Shown piece after piece: positions 33,169 to 42,881 of a stretch of 64,000 bases of DNA. The notes under the pieces were generated by a model, which was given only the letters and a program-made list of their open reading frames with translations, was not told the DNA's origin and did no database searches. Positions within the stretch are counted from its first letter, which is position 1. Every line of letters starts with the position of its first letter. Source of the stretch: Nostoc sp. B(2019) (GTDB taxonomy: Bacteria > Cyanobacteriota > Cyanobacteriia > Cyanobacteriales > Nostocaceae); NCBI GenBank assembly GCA_010091925.1, contig WVID01000006.1, one strand, 5' to 3'. Made by a program: the position numbers and the translations under genes.

Positions 33169-34239
33169 ATGACTTCATCTGCGTCTTTTGACACATTAGA
33201 GTCTCTCCAGGCGGATATCGCTGAATTAATTGATCACTTACCGACGTTAAAACATCGGCAATTTATCAAACAGGCATTGGCTACAATAGTCCGTCTGGCT
33301 GATAGTGAAATTGATCGTCTCGATTGGAAGATCTTATCCGCAGCTTTAGCAGACATGGAACGCGGTTTCCAGCTATTTCATGCCTACCGACATGTTCGCA
33401 AAGTCACTATTTTTGGTTCTGCTCGCCTAGCCACAGATACCCCTGAGTACCAGATGGCGCTTGAGTTTGCTCAGGCTGTTTCTCGATTGGGATTTATGGT
33501 CATGACAGGCGGTGGTGGTGGCATTATGCAAGCTGGTCATGAAGGTGCTGGACGAGAAAATTCCTTTGGCTTGAATATTCAGTTGCCCTTTGAACAACAA
33601 GCAAACCCTTTTATTGAGGGTGATCCCAAGCTAATTCACTTCAAGTATTTCTTTACGCGCAAGCTGTTTCTTCTGAAAGAAAGTGATGCTGTTGCTTTGT
33701 TTCCTGGAGGCTTTGGCACTCAAGACGAAGCTTTTGAATGCATGACACTCAGCCAGACTGGTAAATTTGGCCCAGTACCTCTAGTTTTAATTGATCATCC
33801 TGGTGGTGATTACTGGCGGTCTTGGAGCGAATACATTGATAAGCAATTAGTGCAAAACGGTCTTGTGAGTCCTGAAGACCCCAGCCTTTACACGGTGACA
33901 GATAACCTGGATGTGGCTTGTGATGCCATTACCCGTTTTTATCAGGTTTATCACTCATGCCGCTACGTAGGTGATAATTTAGTCATCCGTCTTAAGACAG
34001 ATTTATCAGATGCTCTTGTAGAGCAACTTAATGCTGATTTTAGCGACATTATTCTTAACGGACGGATTGAAAAAAGTCAGGCGTTACCTCAAGAAGCACA
34101 AGATGAAACTGTTGGGCTACCCCGCCTCATTTTGTACTTCAATCAACGCGACTTAGGACGCCTATATCAAATGATTGCAGCGATTAACCAGATGGGTACT
34201 CCTTCACCAGAAGATGCGGCACATCCAGAAAGGAAGTAG
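33169..34239 (+). CDS. LOG-family (TIGR00730-like) protein with N- and C-terminal extensions
   Basis: TIFGSARLATDTPEY, GGGGGIMQAGHEGA and PGGFGTQDE are present. Confidence 0.7.
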   Translation: MTSSASFDTLESLQADIAELIDHLPTLKHRQFIKQALATIVRLADSEIDRLDWKILSAALADMERGFQLFHAYRHVRKVTIFGSARLATDTPEYQMALEFAQAVSRLGFMVMTGGGGGIMQAGHEGAGRENSFGLNIQLPFEQQANPFIEGDPKLIHFKYFFTRKLFLLKESDAVALFPGGFGTQDEAFECMTLSQTGKFGPVPLVLIDHPGGDYWRSWSEYIDKQLVQNGLVSPEDPSLYTVTDNLDVACDAITRFYQVYHSCRYVGDNLVIRLKTDLSDALVEQLNADFSDIILNGRIEKSQALPQEAQDETVGLPRLILYFNQRDLGRLYQMIAAINQMGTPSPEDAAHPERK

Positions 34240-34639
34240 GTGCTAAGGGTGGATTTACCACCCTGGCATTTCTTCTTCAACTTGCCATCTTGGCATTTTC
34301 TTTTCCCAGAAGAGGTTTATCATGAAAGCCAATTCCCAGGTTTTTCGGGTTTATAAAAATATGAGCTTCAATTTTCTTTATAAGATTTATTCCTAACTGT
34401 AAATTTATTTTTGAAACTAATTACTAGCACTACTTTAGTTAGAAATTTTTCTATTTTCCTGCGCCTGGAGTTAGCAACTATATGCATTATGGGATTATCA
34501 AATGCCTAACAAAAGCAATATCAACTGCATTTTTGGATGAGAAAAACACTATTTATTACAACTCAATGCTGATTACCTGCAAAAAGCTTGTATATTAGCA
34601 CAGGAAACAATTTACCACATCCTAGTAGGGGAATAAAAC

Positions 34640-35965
34640 ATGCTGGTGGAATTACTGGGTTCAGGTTTAGCATCGCTCTGGCTGGAAATGGCTGGCGTAC
34701 AAATCAAGCCTTTTGATGCCTTAGATGCATTGGCTTGGCAAAGTAGCCCTGGCTTAGTTCTTGCTCCTGATCCAAATCCAACTGGGGCTACTACAGTCCA
34801 GCAATATTTGAAAGGACTAACAACATCGAAATTAGTAGTGCAGAATCTAACGCAAAGTCAAGGAATTTGGATGCAGTCGGGGCCGATGCTGATGGCTAAT
34901 CACCAAGGTACGACACCTCTGCCTGCTGCCTCTTTAACTAAGATTGCCACTTCACTAGTTGCTTTAAAAACTTGGGGGCCAGATCACCAATTTGAAACTT
35001 TGGTAAGTGCCACAGGGCCAGTGGTAAATGGGGTTTTAAAAGGCGATTTGGTAATTGCTGGCGGTGGCGATCCGATGTTTGTTTGGGAAGAAGCGATCGC
35101 CCTTGGTAATACTCTCAATAAAATGGGGATCAAGCAAGTAAAAGGGAATTTGGTAATTACTGGCAATTTCGCCATGAATTTCCAACGTCATCCGTTAATG
35201 GCAGGTCAATTCCTCAAGCAAGCTATGAATCATAAGACTTGGACTCGTCCCGCTAATTATATATACTCAATCATGCCCAAGGGTACACCCAAGCCTCAAG
35301 TCGTAATTGCAGGTGGTGTCAAATTTGAGCCACAATTAAACCCTCAACAAACCTTGCTACTACGTCATCACTCTTTACCTTTGCAGCAACTCATCAAGGA
35401 GATGAATGTTTTTAGTAACAATGAGATGGCAGAGATGCTAGCAGAGTCAGTGGGAGGAGCAACTGTAGTAGAATCAACAGCAGCCAACCTTGCCAGAGTG
35501 CCGCAGTCAGAAATTCAGTTAATTAATGGTTCCGGTTTGGGGCCAGAAAATCGGATCTCCCCAAGAGCTGCCTGTGCCATGTTGATGACGCTACAACGAG
35601 AAGCAGTCGCGCATAAATTGACTTTAGCTGACTTGTTTCCTGTGTCTGGGTTCGATCATCGAGGCACAATGCATTCCAGACATATCCCTGCTGCCACTGT
35701 GATTAAAACTGGTACTCTCCGGGATGTTAGTGCTTTAGCTGGAGTTATGCCTACACGCGATCGCGGTTTGGTTTGGTTTGCTATTATCAACCGTGGCACA
35801 AATGTGTCAGCTTTCCGCACAGGACAAGATAACCTGTTGCAACGTCTTGTAAAACAGTTGCAAGTAGCTCCTTCTGTTCCTGCTGCTCTTACACCCCACT
35901 CAGCTATCAACTCTCTACCTCAACTGGGTGCAGGCGATCGTAATGATATTTTGTTTAGAAGTTAA
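34640..35965 (+). CDS. dacB: D-alanyl-D-alanine carboxypeptidase/endopeptidase (PBP4, peptidase S13)
   Basis: An SxxK-type motif (AASLTKIATS) and PBP4-like downstream motifs are present. Confidence 0.7.
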   Translation: MLVELLGSGLASLWLEMAGVQIKPFDALDALAWQSSPGLVLAPDPNPTGATTVQQYLKGLTTSKLVVQNLTQSQGIWMQSGPMLMANHQGTTPLPAASLTKIATSLVALKTWGPDHQFETLVSATGPVVNGVLKGDLVIAGGGDPMFVWEEAIALGNTLNKMGIKQVKGNLVITGNFAMNFQRHPLMAGQFLKQAMNHKTWTRPANYIYSIMPKGTPKPQVVIAGGVKFEPQLNPQQTLLLRHHSLPLQQLIKEMNVFSNNEMAEMLAESVGGATVVESTAANLARVPQSEIQLINGSGLGPENRISPRAACAMLMTLQREAVAHKLTLADLFPVSGFDHRGTMHSRHIPAATVIKTGTLRDVSALAGVMPTRDRGLVWFAIINRGTNVSAFRTGQDNLLQRLVKQLQVAPSVPAALTPHSAINSLPQLGAGDRNDILFRS

Positions 35966-36045
35966 GTTAGTCCACAGTCCAAAGTCAAAAATCCAAAATA
36001 ATTAATTTTGACCTTTGACTTTTGACCCTTGACTTTCGACTATTG
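35966..36045. repeat. long imperfect inverted repeat built of heptamers (GTCCAAA/GTCAAAA arms opposite TTTTGAC/CTTTGAC arms)
   Basis: The repeat was read directly. It lies between two convergent genes and is a probable bidirectional terminator. Confidence 0.6.
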
Positions 36046-37311
36046 ACGCTTTACATTTTCTTGCGGAATAATCTCCGTTACCACCCTGTTGCCAGAACTA
36101 CCACCTTTAACCACCATATTTTCTGTTTGCAGATTACCGACGGCTGTTTCACCTGTAAAATTTAATGGTGGGTCAACTTGCCGATAAACCACATTTCCTT
36201 GAGCTTCAATCAACTTATTATCTAAATACCAAGTTAGTGTATTAGATTTTAATGATTGGCGACGCTGCCCAACAGCATTGACGTTACCTGTTAAATAAAC
36301 CGTTTTTTGTGGTATTTTCATTTCGCCTTGATTGGCGGTTACTGTAACTTTTTCAGTTTGGTGGTAGACACGCACTGGTGAATTTGTATTGACAGTTTCA
36401 GCATTCATATTCCAGATCATAGAGTTACTAGCTATTTGCATTGGTGGTTCTAGTAATTCCATTTGGGCATTTTGTTTGACAGTGGCAATTTTAGTTTTTA
36501 AGTTGACTTCGGCAGAATTTCCTCTGCCACGATCAGTAATTTGATTATTTTTGTAGCGGTCAATTTGTATAGGGCGATCGCCAATTAATTTCTCCTCTTT
36601 AATCTGCCAAATCAAATGCTCGGTTCTGATTTGCATTTGGGGATCAGCTGAATTTGCAACTACCCCTCCCGAAAATTCCATGCGTTGCTCGCGGGTTTTG
36701 ACTCGCGCTTCCTGCGCCACTGCTTGTAGTTGTTTATGAGTGCCGTTTAGCTGGTTGCGGACAATCAATAAATCTTCTTTGGGCCGCCATTCTAATTCAT
36801 TACCTCGCAACACAATACCATTGCGAGGATCTGTAGCAAGTATTTTACCTTTAAGAAATAGTTGTTTTCCATCCTGTTCAATGTCTGCCACATCTGCCTT
36901 GACTTGGTAAACCACTTTGCCATCTTGGTAGAGTTCACCATAAGGACTTTCAGCCTGACCAATTTGTTTTTCTTGAGTGTATTTTGCCTGTTTAGCTCTG
37001 ACTTTCCAAACTGGTCTTCCTACTTCATCTGCCTGTTCTAAAGTGACATCAAAGAAAGTTAAATTGCTGTCTCGGTCAGATGCACCTGAATCAGTTGATT
37101 TAGAGGCTATGGGGGATTTTCCCCCGCAGCCAACTAACCCAATTATCAATAAAAAGGTTAAAAACAAAAGAAAGAAGGAGGAACGCAGGCGAGGAGTGGA
37201 CGAGTGAAGCAGTAGAGGAGGTGAGTGAAGAATTATTCTTATCCCTCCTTCTCCTCCTCCTGTTATCTCCCCCTCCTCTTGTCTCCCCCTCTGATTAAAT
37301 TGATGCTTCAT
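36040..37311 (-). CDS. LptC/OstA-like periplasmic lipoprotein; start uncertain
   Basis: A lipobox (LVGC) is followed by an OstA/LptC-like beta-jellyroll region. The first roughly 45 codons are low-complexity (GGGEGG, SPPLLLHSSTP), so the true start is probably internal. Confidence 0.45.
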   Translation of the reverse strand: MKHQFNQRGRQEEGEITGGGEGGIRIILHSPPLLLHSSTPRLRSSFFLLFLTFLLIIGLVGCGGKSPIASKSTDSGASDRDSNLTFFDVTLEQADEVGRPVWKVRAKQAKYTQEKQIGQAESPYGELYQDGKVVYQVKADVADIEQDGKQLFLKGKILATDPRNGIVLRGNELEWRPKEDLLIVRNQLNGTHKQLQAVAQEARVKTREQRMEFSGGVVANSADPQMQIRTEHLIWQIKEEKLIGDRPIQIDRYKNNQITDRGRGNSAEVNLKTKIATVKQNAQMELLEPPMQIASNSMIWNMNAETVNTNSPVRVYHQTEKVTVTANQGEMKIPQKTVYLTGNVNAVGQRRQSLKSNTLTWYLDNKLIEAQGNVVYRQVDPPLNFTGETAVGNLQTENMVVKGGSSGNRVVTEIIPQENVKRQ

Positions 37312-37949
37312 TATTCTTGAATTTCCAGGTGTCCATCACTCGCTCTTGGGTCTTCTAAAAAACCCATACTAGATAATGGTCGATATGGATAGCTTTGGCG
37401 AGGGGTTTTTTGGATATCTTCTTTGATGGCTTCTAAATCAATATAGCGATCGCTAACATTAATTAAGCTATCACTGGTCATCGAACGCAAACTCACCACC
37501 TCTACCCGCACACCCCGATAGCTTACCGAATTCACCGCATAAGCCAAATCCCCATCACCACTTACTAATACAGCGGTATCATAAGAATCAACTAACGCCA
37601 TCATATCTACTGCTATTTCTACATCCAGGTTAGCTTTTTTGGAGCCATCTGGTAGCTGCACTAAATCTTTAGCGATGACTCTATAGCCATTACGACGCAT
37701 CCACAACAGAAACCCTTGCTGTTTCTCGTTTGTCCGGTCTACCCCAGTGTAGAAAAAAGCTCGCAGCAGCCTAGAACCTCCAGTTAATCGACACAACAGC
37801 TTTGTGTAATCAATTTCGATCCCTAGTTGTAGTGCCGCATAAAATAGATTTGAGCCATCAATAAATATAGCGACCCGACCCCGATTTTCCAAAACTTGTT
37901 CTGGCGTAAATATTGAGTCGTTTTCCAAATTATTCAACATTGTTGTCAT
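37311..37949 (-). CDS. NYN-domain (LabA-like) protein
   Basis: RVAIFIDGSNLFYA, VLVSGDGD and other NYN/PIN-like motifs are present. The stop overlaps the next ORF's start as TAATG. Confidence 0.75.
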   Translation of the reverse strand: MTTMLNNLENDSIFTPEQVLENRGRVAIFIDGSNLFYAALQLGIEIDYTKLLCRLTGGSRLLRAFFYTGVDRTNEKQQGFLLWMRRNGYRVIAKDLVQLPDGSKKANLDVEIAVDMMALVDSYDTAVLVSGDGDLAYAVNSVSYRGVRVEVVSLRSMTSDSLINVSDRYIDLEAIKEDIQKTPRQSYPYRPLSSMGFLEDPRASDGHLEIQE

Positions 37950-38110
37950 ACCTCAGTTTTATCCCTGTTATTTTTGATACAAATTACCAGCTTTTACATG
38001 CAAGTTAGAGCGGCTTATGATAATCTTCAGGGGCTAACTTCAGTTAAGCCCCGATAAATTTTTTGAGAGAATTTAGTAGAGATTCAACAAAATCGGAGTT
38101 TGATAAGGGG

Positions 38111-39712
38111 TTAATCGTTTTTTGGGGGTTCTATGCGTTTAAAAATGGGTTGGGGTGTACCCAACTGTTGTTTACTGGATAGTATCCCCCATGTTGCATG
38201 AATGGCAAAAGGAGCAGTAATTGAACTTTGTATTTGATCGTTAAAATCTATTCCAAAACCCAGCTGTTGATAAATATCGCTACTGATGTTAGGAATAATG
38301 GGGGATAGGAGATAAGCTGCTAGTCTAACTGATTCTAGAACTGCATACAGTACTTTTTCTAATGCTTGTTGCTGTCCTTGCTTATATAATGACCAAGGAG
38401 CTTGTTCATCAATAAACTTATTGCTGGCTTGCACCAGTAGCAGGATAGCCTCACAGGCTTGATTGAAAGCTAGCGCCTTGTATGCTTGTTTTACCTGTTC
38501 CCCTAGACGTAAACCGATCGCTTTCAACGGATTCTCATCAGGAATAGCTTCATTGGCAATTGGTGGTACATTGCCAGCACAGTATTTCTTCACCATGTTC
38601 AAGGTGCGATTGAGCAAATTGCCTAAATCATTTGCTAAATCTGCATTCAGAACATTAATGAACCTAACTTCATTAAAATCTCCATCTTTGCCAAATTCGA
38701 TTTCCTTAAGGAAGTAATAACGAACGGCGTCACTACCATAGCGCTGAACTAGATCTACGGGATCAAGGGTATTACCCATAGTTTTCCCCATCTTCTGACC
38801 ATCTTTGGTCAAAAAGCCATGCCCAAAAACTCGTTCTGGCAAGGGTAAGCCAGCTGACAACAGCATTGCTGGCCAGTAAACTGCATGGAAGCGCAGGATA
38901 TCTTTACCAATTAGATGCAGGTTGATTGGCCACCATGTCTCTAAAGCATTTGCTAAAGTCGGTTCTGCATCTGGCTCAAGCAATGCAGTTACATAACCCA
39001 GCAGCGCATCAAACCAGACATAAAGGGTGTGCTTGGGATTAACTGGTACTGGAAAACCCCAGTCTAGATTTACCCGCGAAATTGAAAAGTCTTGCAAACC
39101 TTGGCTTACAAAGCTCAAAACTTCATTTCGCCGACTCTCTGGTTGGATAAAATCCGGTCTAGATTGGTAAAACTCTTCCAGTTGAGTTTGATATTTGGAT
39201 AAGCTAAAGAAGTAGTTTTGCTCGTCTCGCCACTCGACTTCTTTATTAGTATGAATTGGGCAACGTCGTCCCTCTAACAGTTCCCGTTCTTCTTTGAATT
39301 CTTCACAAGATACGCAGTACCAGCCTTGTTGTTGTCCTTGGTAAATGTCACCAGCTTCCCAAACTCGCCCGAAGAATTCTTTAACAATCGCTTCATGACG
39401 AGTCGCGGTAGTCCGACTAAAGCGATCATATTGAATGTTCAACAACTGCCATAAGTTAACAAAGCTAGGCACAATTTCATCACAAAATTCTTGAGGCGGT
39501 AGCCCTTTACTCTCAGCGGCTCGCTGAATTTTCTGCCCATGCTCATCTGTACCTGTAATTAATAGTACCCGATGCCCCAGTAGCCTTTGAAACCGTGCTA
39601 TTACATCTGCTGCCATTGTTGGATAAGCACTGCCAATGTGAGGCACATCGTTTACATAATATAAGGGTGTTGTCAGTGCAAATGTCTTTTCTGTTTTATC
39701 CACTAGATTCAT
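38111..39712 (-). CDS. metG: methionyl-tRNA synthetase
   Basis: The HIGH region (PHIGSAY), the KMSKS-like region (KMGKTMGN) and the Zn-knuckle region are present. Confidence 0.9.
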   Translation of the reverse strand: MNLVDKTEKTFALTTPLYYVNDVPHIGSAYPTMAADVIARFQRLLGHRVLLITGTDEHGQKIQRAAESKGLPPQEFCDEIVPSFVNLWQLLNIQYDRFSRTTATRHEAIVKEFFGRVWEAGDIYQGQQQGWYCVSCEEFKEERELLEGRRCPIHTNKEVEWRDEQNYFFSLSKYQTQLEEFYQSRPDFIQPESRRNEVLSFVSQGLQDFSISRVNLDWGFPVPVNPKHTLYVWFDALLGYVTALLEPDAEPTLANALETWWPINLHLIGKDILRFHAVYWPAMLLSAGLPLPERVFGHGFLTKDGQKMGKTMGNTLDPVDLVQRYGSDAVRYYFLKEIEFGKDGDFNEVRFINVLNADLANDLGNLLNRTLNMVKKYCAGNVPPIANEAIPDENPLKAIGLRLGEQVKQAYKALAFNQACEAILLLVQASNKFIDEQAPWSLYKQGQQQALEKVLYAVLESVRLAAYLLSPIIPNISSDIYQQLGFGIDFNDQIQSSITAPFAIHATWGILSSKQQLGTPQPIFKRIEPPKND

Positions 39713-40106
39713 GCAGAATAAAAAACAACTAACTTATTAAAACGTTTTATAATATCTTATTTTTATCGGCAAAACCACGTAATTATATAACGATACTGCC
39801 TTTTTTTCAAATAACACTTTAATATTAGCAAGTTTCTAGATTTAAGAATTGTTTGATGATAGATATAAATCTAGCTTATCTATTAGCTACAAGACAGAAA
39901 TTAGCTAATAATAATGCTTTTGAATGCTTTTTTTCACACATAAGTGTGATTAGGAATACATAAACTATAACTCGGAAAATATAGTTTGCTTTGTAGTTCG
40001 GACATTTCTATCTTAAGGCGGTCGTGGCAGTAGTAAAGAAATGTAAAAATAAAGTTAAGATAAACTACAATAATAAATATTTTTTGGAAAATATAATTGA
40101 TTAGGT

Positions 40107-40832
40107 ATGAGTCGAAATAGCCCCCTGGAGATTTCTCGCGCTTTCCTGGCGGCGCTCTCAACACAAATGTTTCGCTATTACGAGGATCGGATTCCCCAGG
40201 ATGCAAGCGTGTTGGTAGTCAGCAATCACCGCAGCTTTATGGATGCACTAGTTTTAATGACGGCGTTATCGAGTCCGATTCGCTTTGCTTGCCATCATTA
40301 CATGGGACAAGTGCCAATAATGCGAGAGATTGTTACCGGACAGTTGGGGTGCTTTCCCTTAGAAGAAACCCATAACCGCCAGCAAAGCTTTTTTGTGCAG
40401 TCACAGATGCTATTGCAGTCCAAGCAGATGGTAGGAGTATTTCCAGAAGGGACTGAACCAATGGTGAAATTTACTCAGCCAAACATGGTAAGTGAATTTC
40501 AGCGGGGATTTGCTCATTTGGCATTGCGATCTGATGTGCGGGATTTAGCAATTTTACCGATCGCGATCGCCTCGTTAGACGAGGTAAACACTTCTGGCTT
40601 CCCCTTACGGCTTTTGAGTTTATTTGATCCTTCAGAACCTTTATTTAATCAGTCTGGCTGGCATCCTTTGGTACTCTATCGTCGGGTAGCCGTGCTCATT
40701 GGTCATCCTTATTGGATTACGCCCCAACATCAAAAAAAATATCACGGAAAACAAGCTAGAACGGTTGTGGCTGAATTAACGGAACATTGTCATGGCGAAA
40801 TTAGCAACTTACTACGTCAAGGCTGTTATTAG
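40107..40832 (+). CDS. lysophospholipid acyltransferase (PlsC family)
   Basis: The NHxxxxD motif (VVSNHRSFMDALV) and FPEGT are present. Confidence 0.7.
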   Translation: MSRNSPLEISRAFLAALSTQMFRYYEDRIPQDASVLVVSNHRSFMDALVLMTALSSPIRFACHHYMGQVPIMREIVTGQLGCFPLEETHNRQQSFFVQSQMLLQSKQMVGVFPEGTEPMVKFTQPNMVSEFQRGFAHLALRSDVRDLAILPIAIASLDEVNTSGFPLRLLSLFDPSEPLFNQSGWHPLVLYRRVAVLIGHPYWITPQHQKKYHGKQARTVVAELTEHCHGEISNLLRQGCY

Positions 40833-41182
40833 GGCGTTTGGCACTGTTTATCTGTCAATTAGCCCTTCTACATCTGCACAGCTAAATATCAGACAAAGGT
40901 CAATTAACTTATTGACCGAAACTTCATATATTCTGCAAGGAGGATTTATAAATTAACTTTTATCTGTTTCTGAAAAGCTAATTGCTGTGTTGCTGAATCT
41001 AGGTTTAACTATTGCTAGCAACTTCAGCTATATTCAACGTGATTTATACGCTCCACGCTATGATTTTATCAGACATTTGATTATACTATCGCACTTCAAT
41101 CTGCGTGTAATCCCAGACCTATAAGTATGGGTTTTAACAGAAAAAATTCTACAAAACTAAGAAATTCAATTTAAATTTTACA

Positions 41183-41995
41183 ATGTCAGAAGTTGAGCTA
41201 AGCCCTTGTTTCCTTACTCCTAAACGAGTACAACCAGAGTATCCGCTGTTTGTATATTTGCCAGGAATGGATGGAACAGGTCAACTGTTGCGATCGCAAA
41301 CCGCAGGATTAGAAGTTGGCTTTGATGTCCGCTGTTTAGCACTCCCACGAAAAGACCTTACCACCTGGGATGTACTAACTAAGAATGTATTGAATTTGAT
41401 CCATGCAGAATTAGAAAAAAGCTCCCAGAGGTCAGTTTACCTGTGTGGTGAATCCTTTGGCGGTTGTTTGGCGATGAAAGTAGCGATCCAAACGCCGCAG
41501 TTATTTAAGCGAATTATTCTAATTAACCCGGCTTCTGCCTTTCATCTGCGCCCTTGGTTGAATTCGGCATCTCAACTAACTTCCTTAGTACCAGAACCAC
41601 TTTATGACGTCGGCGCACTGGGGTTATTACCATTTTTAGCATCTTTGCCACGCATCTCCAGAAGCGATCGCCACGAGTTGCTGAAAACTATGCGTTCTAT
41701 CCCGCCTGCAACCGTTCTCTGGCGGTTGTCTTTACTGCGGGAGTTTCATGTAGATGATGAGCAGTTGCGTCGCCTGACTCAACCAGCGTTGCTAATTGCT
41801 GGTGCTAGCGATCGGCTTTTGCCTTCTGTGACTGAAGTGAAGCGGATAGCGAATATTTTACCCAATGCCAAAACAATGGTACTGCCCGATAGTGGACATG
41901 CCTGCCTACTGGAGAAAGATATTTATCTCTATGAGATTCTCAAGAGCCAAAACTTTTTAGAAAGTAAGTCTAAAACAGTTAAATCATCTGTGTAA
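41183..41995 (+). CDS. alpha/beta-fold hydrolase
   Basis: The GxSxG nucleophile elbow (GESFGG) is present, together with downstream Asp/His positions. Confidence 0.7.
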   Translation: MSEVELSPCFLTPKRVQPEYPLFVYLPGMDGTGQLLRSQTAGLEVGFDVRCLALPRKDLTTWDVLTKNVLNLIHAELEKSSQRSVYLCGESFGGCLAMKVAIQTPQLFKRIILINPASAFHLRPWLNSASQLTSLVPEPLYDVGALGLLPFLASLPRISRSDRHELLKTMRSIPPATVLWRLSLLREFHVDDEQLRRLTQPALLIAGASDRLLPSVTEVKRIANILPNAKTMVLPDSGHACLLEKDIYLYEILKSQNFLESKSKTVKSSV

Positions 41996-42103
41996 AATAA
42001 ATTATTTATTTGCAATTCAAAATGAAAAAAGCTGAATTTGCAAGCATTTTGACTACCTAATGTATGCAAATTATATGTGAAAAAGCTTACAATTTAACTA
42101 ATC

Positions 42104-42367
42104 TTGCTAACACACCTCATGAGCCAAGAAATTGTAAAACTCCAAATTCCTTTTGAATCCTTGGTAAATGCGATCGCTTCACTAGGACTTGAAGAAAAAC
42201 GCAGGTTGTGGCAAATGCTGAATGAGCAGATTACACAAGCAGAAGAAGATTTACTAGAATCAGAACCTTATAATTGGGGACACGAAGGACAGCCGAAAGG
42301 CAAGCCAGTGGAGTATATTCCTGGAGTCGGGCTAGCAGTTATCGGCGGTAAGGATGCTCCAGCCTGA
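42104..42367 (+). CDS. putative antitoxin (unrecognised family) of a type II TA pair
   Basis: 87 aa and acidic. It overlaps the downstream toxin ORF by 14 nt. No known antitoxin fold was recognised. Confidence 0.4.
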   Translation: MLTHLMSQEIVKLQIPFESLVNAIASLGLEEKRRLWQMLNEQITQAEEDLLESEPYNWGHEGQPKGKPVEYIPGVGLAVIGGKDAPA

Positions 42368-42731
42368 TTTACTTGAGTGTGGTGATGTGGTCATAGTAAC
42401 TTTACCCAACCATATTCCCAGAGGGCGAGAGCAACAAGGAACTAGACCTGTTGTAGTGGTTGGCTTACCTTGGGGAAAAGTCCGCTATCCAATGCTAATG
42501 ATTACACCTTTGACTACTCAAACAGGTTCATGGGCGGTCAATAACCCCAACTTATATCCACGTTTGGAAGCTGGTGCTGGTGGTTTATCTCAACCTTCCA
42601 TAGTACTGCTGGATCAAGTCAGGGGGTTAGACACTCATCGAATATTGGCGTATCTAGGAACACTGACCTCTGAGCAATATGCTCCAATTGTTGAGGGACT
42701 AATGCAGTTGTTAATACCAGAGAATTATTGA
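42354..42731 (+). CDS. MazF/PemK-like toxin
   Basis: GDVVIVTLP, RPVVVV and ITPLTTQ, together with C-terminal DQVRGLD...LG.L, match the PemK/MazF pattern. Confidence 0.6.
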   Translation: MLQPDLLECGDVVIVTLPNHIPRGREQQGTRPVVVVGLPWGKVRYPMLMITPLTTQTGSWAVNNPNLYPRLEAGAGGLSQPSIVLLDQVRGLDTHRILAYLGTLTSEQYAPIVEGLMQLLIPENY

Positions 42732-42881
42732 TTTTGAGTAGGCTAAAAATACCAAATAGCAATATTATCTACTTAAAGTTATTCACCTTTTATTTAACAA
42801 GTTGTGCTTGTTGGGAGATGTCAAGCCCCTCACACTTTCGCTACAACCTGAATAGAAAGACTTTCAGGACGGTGCTGAGCA

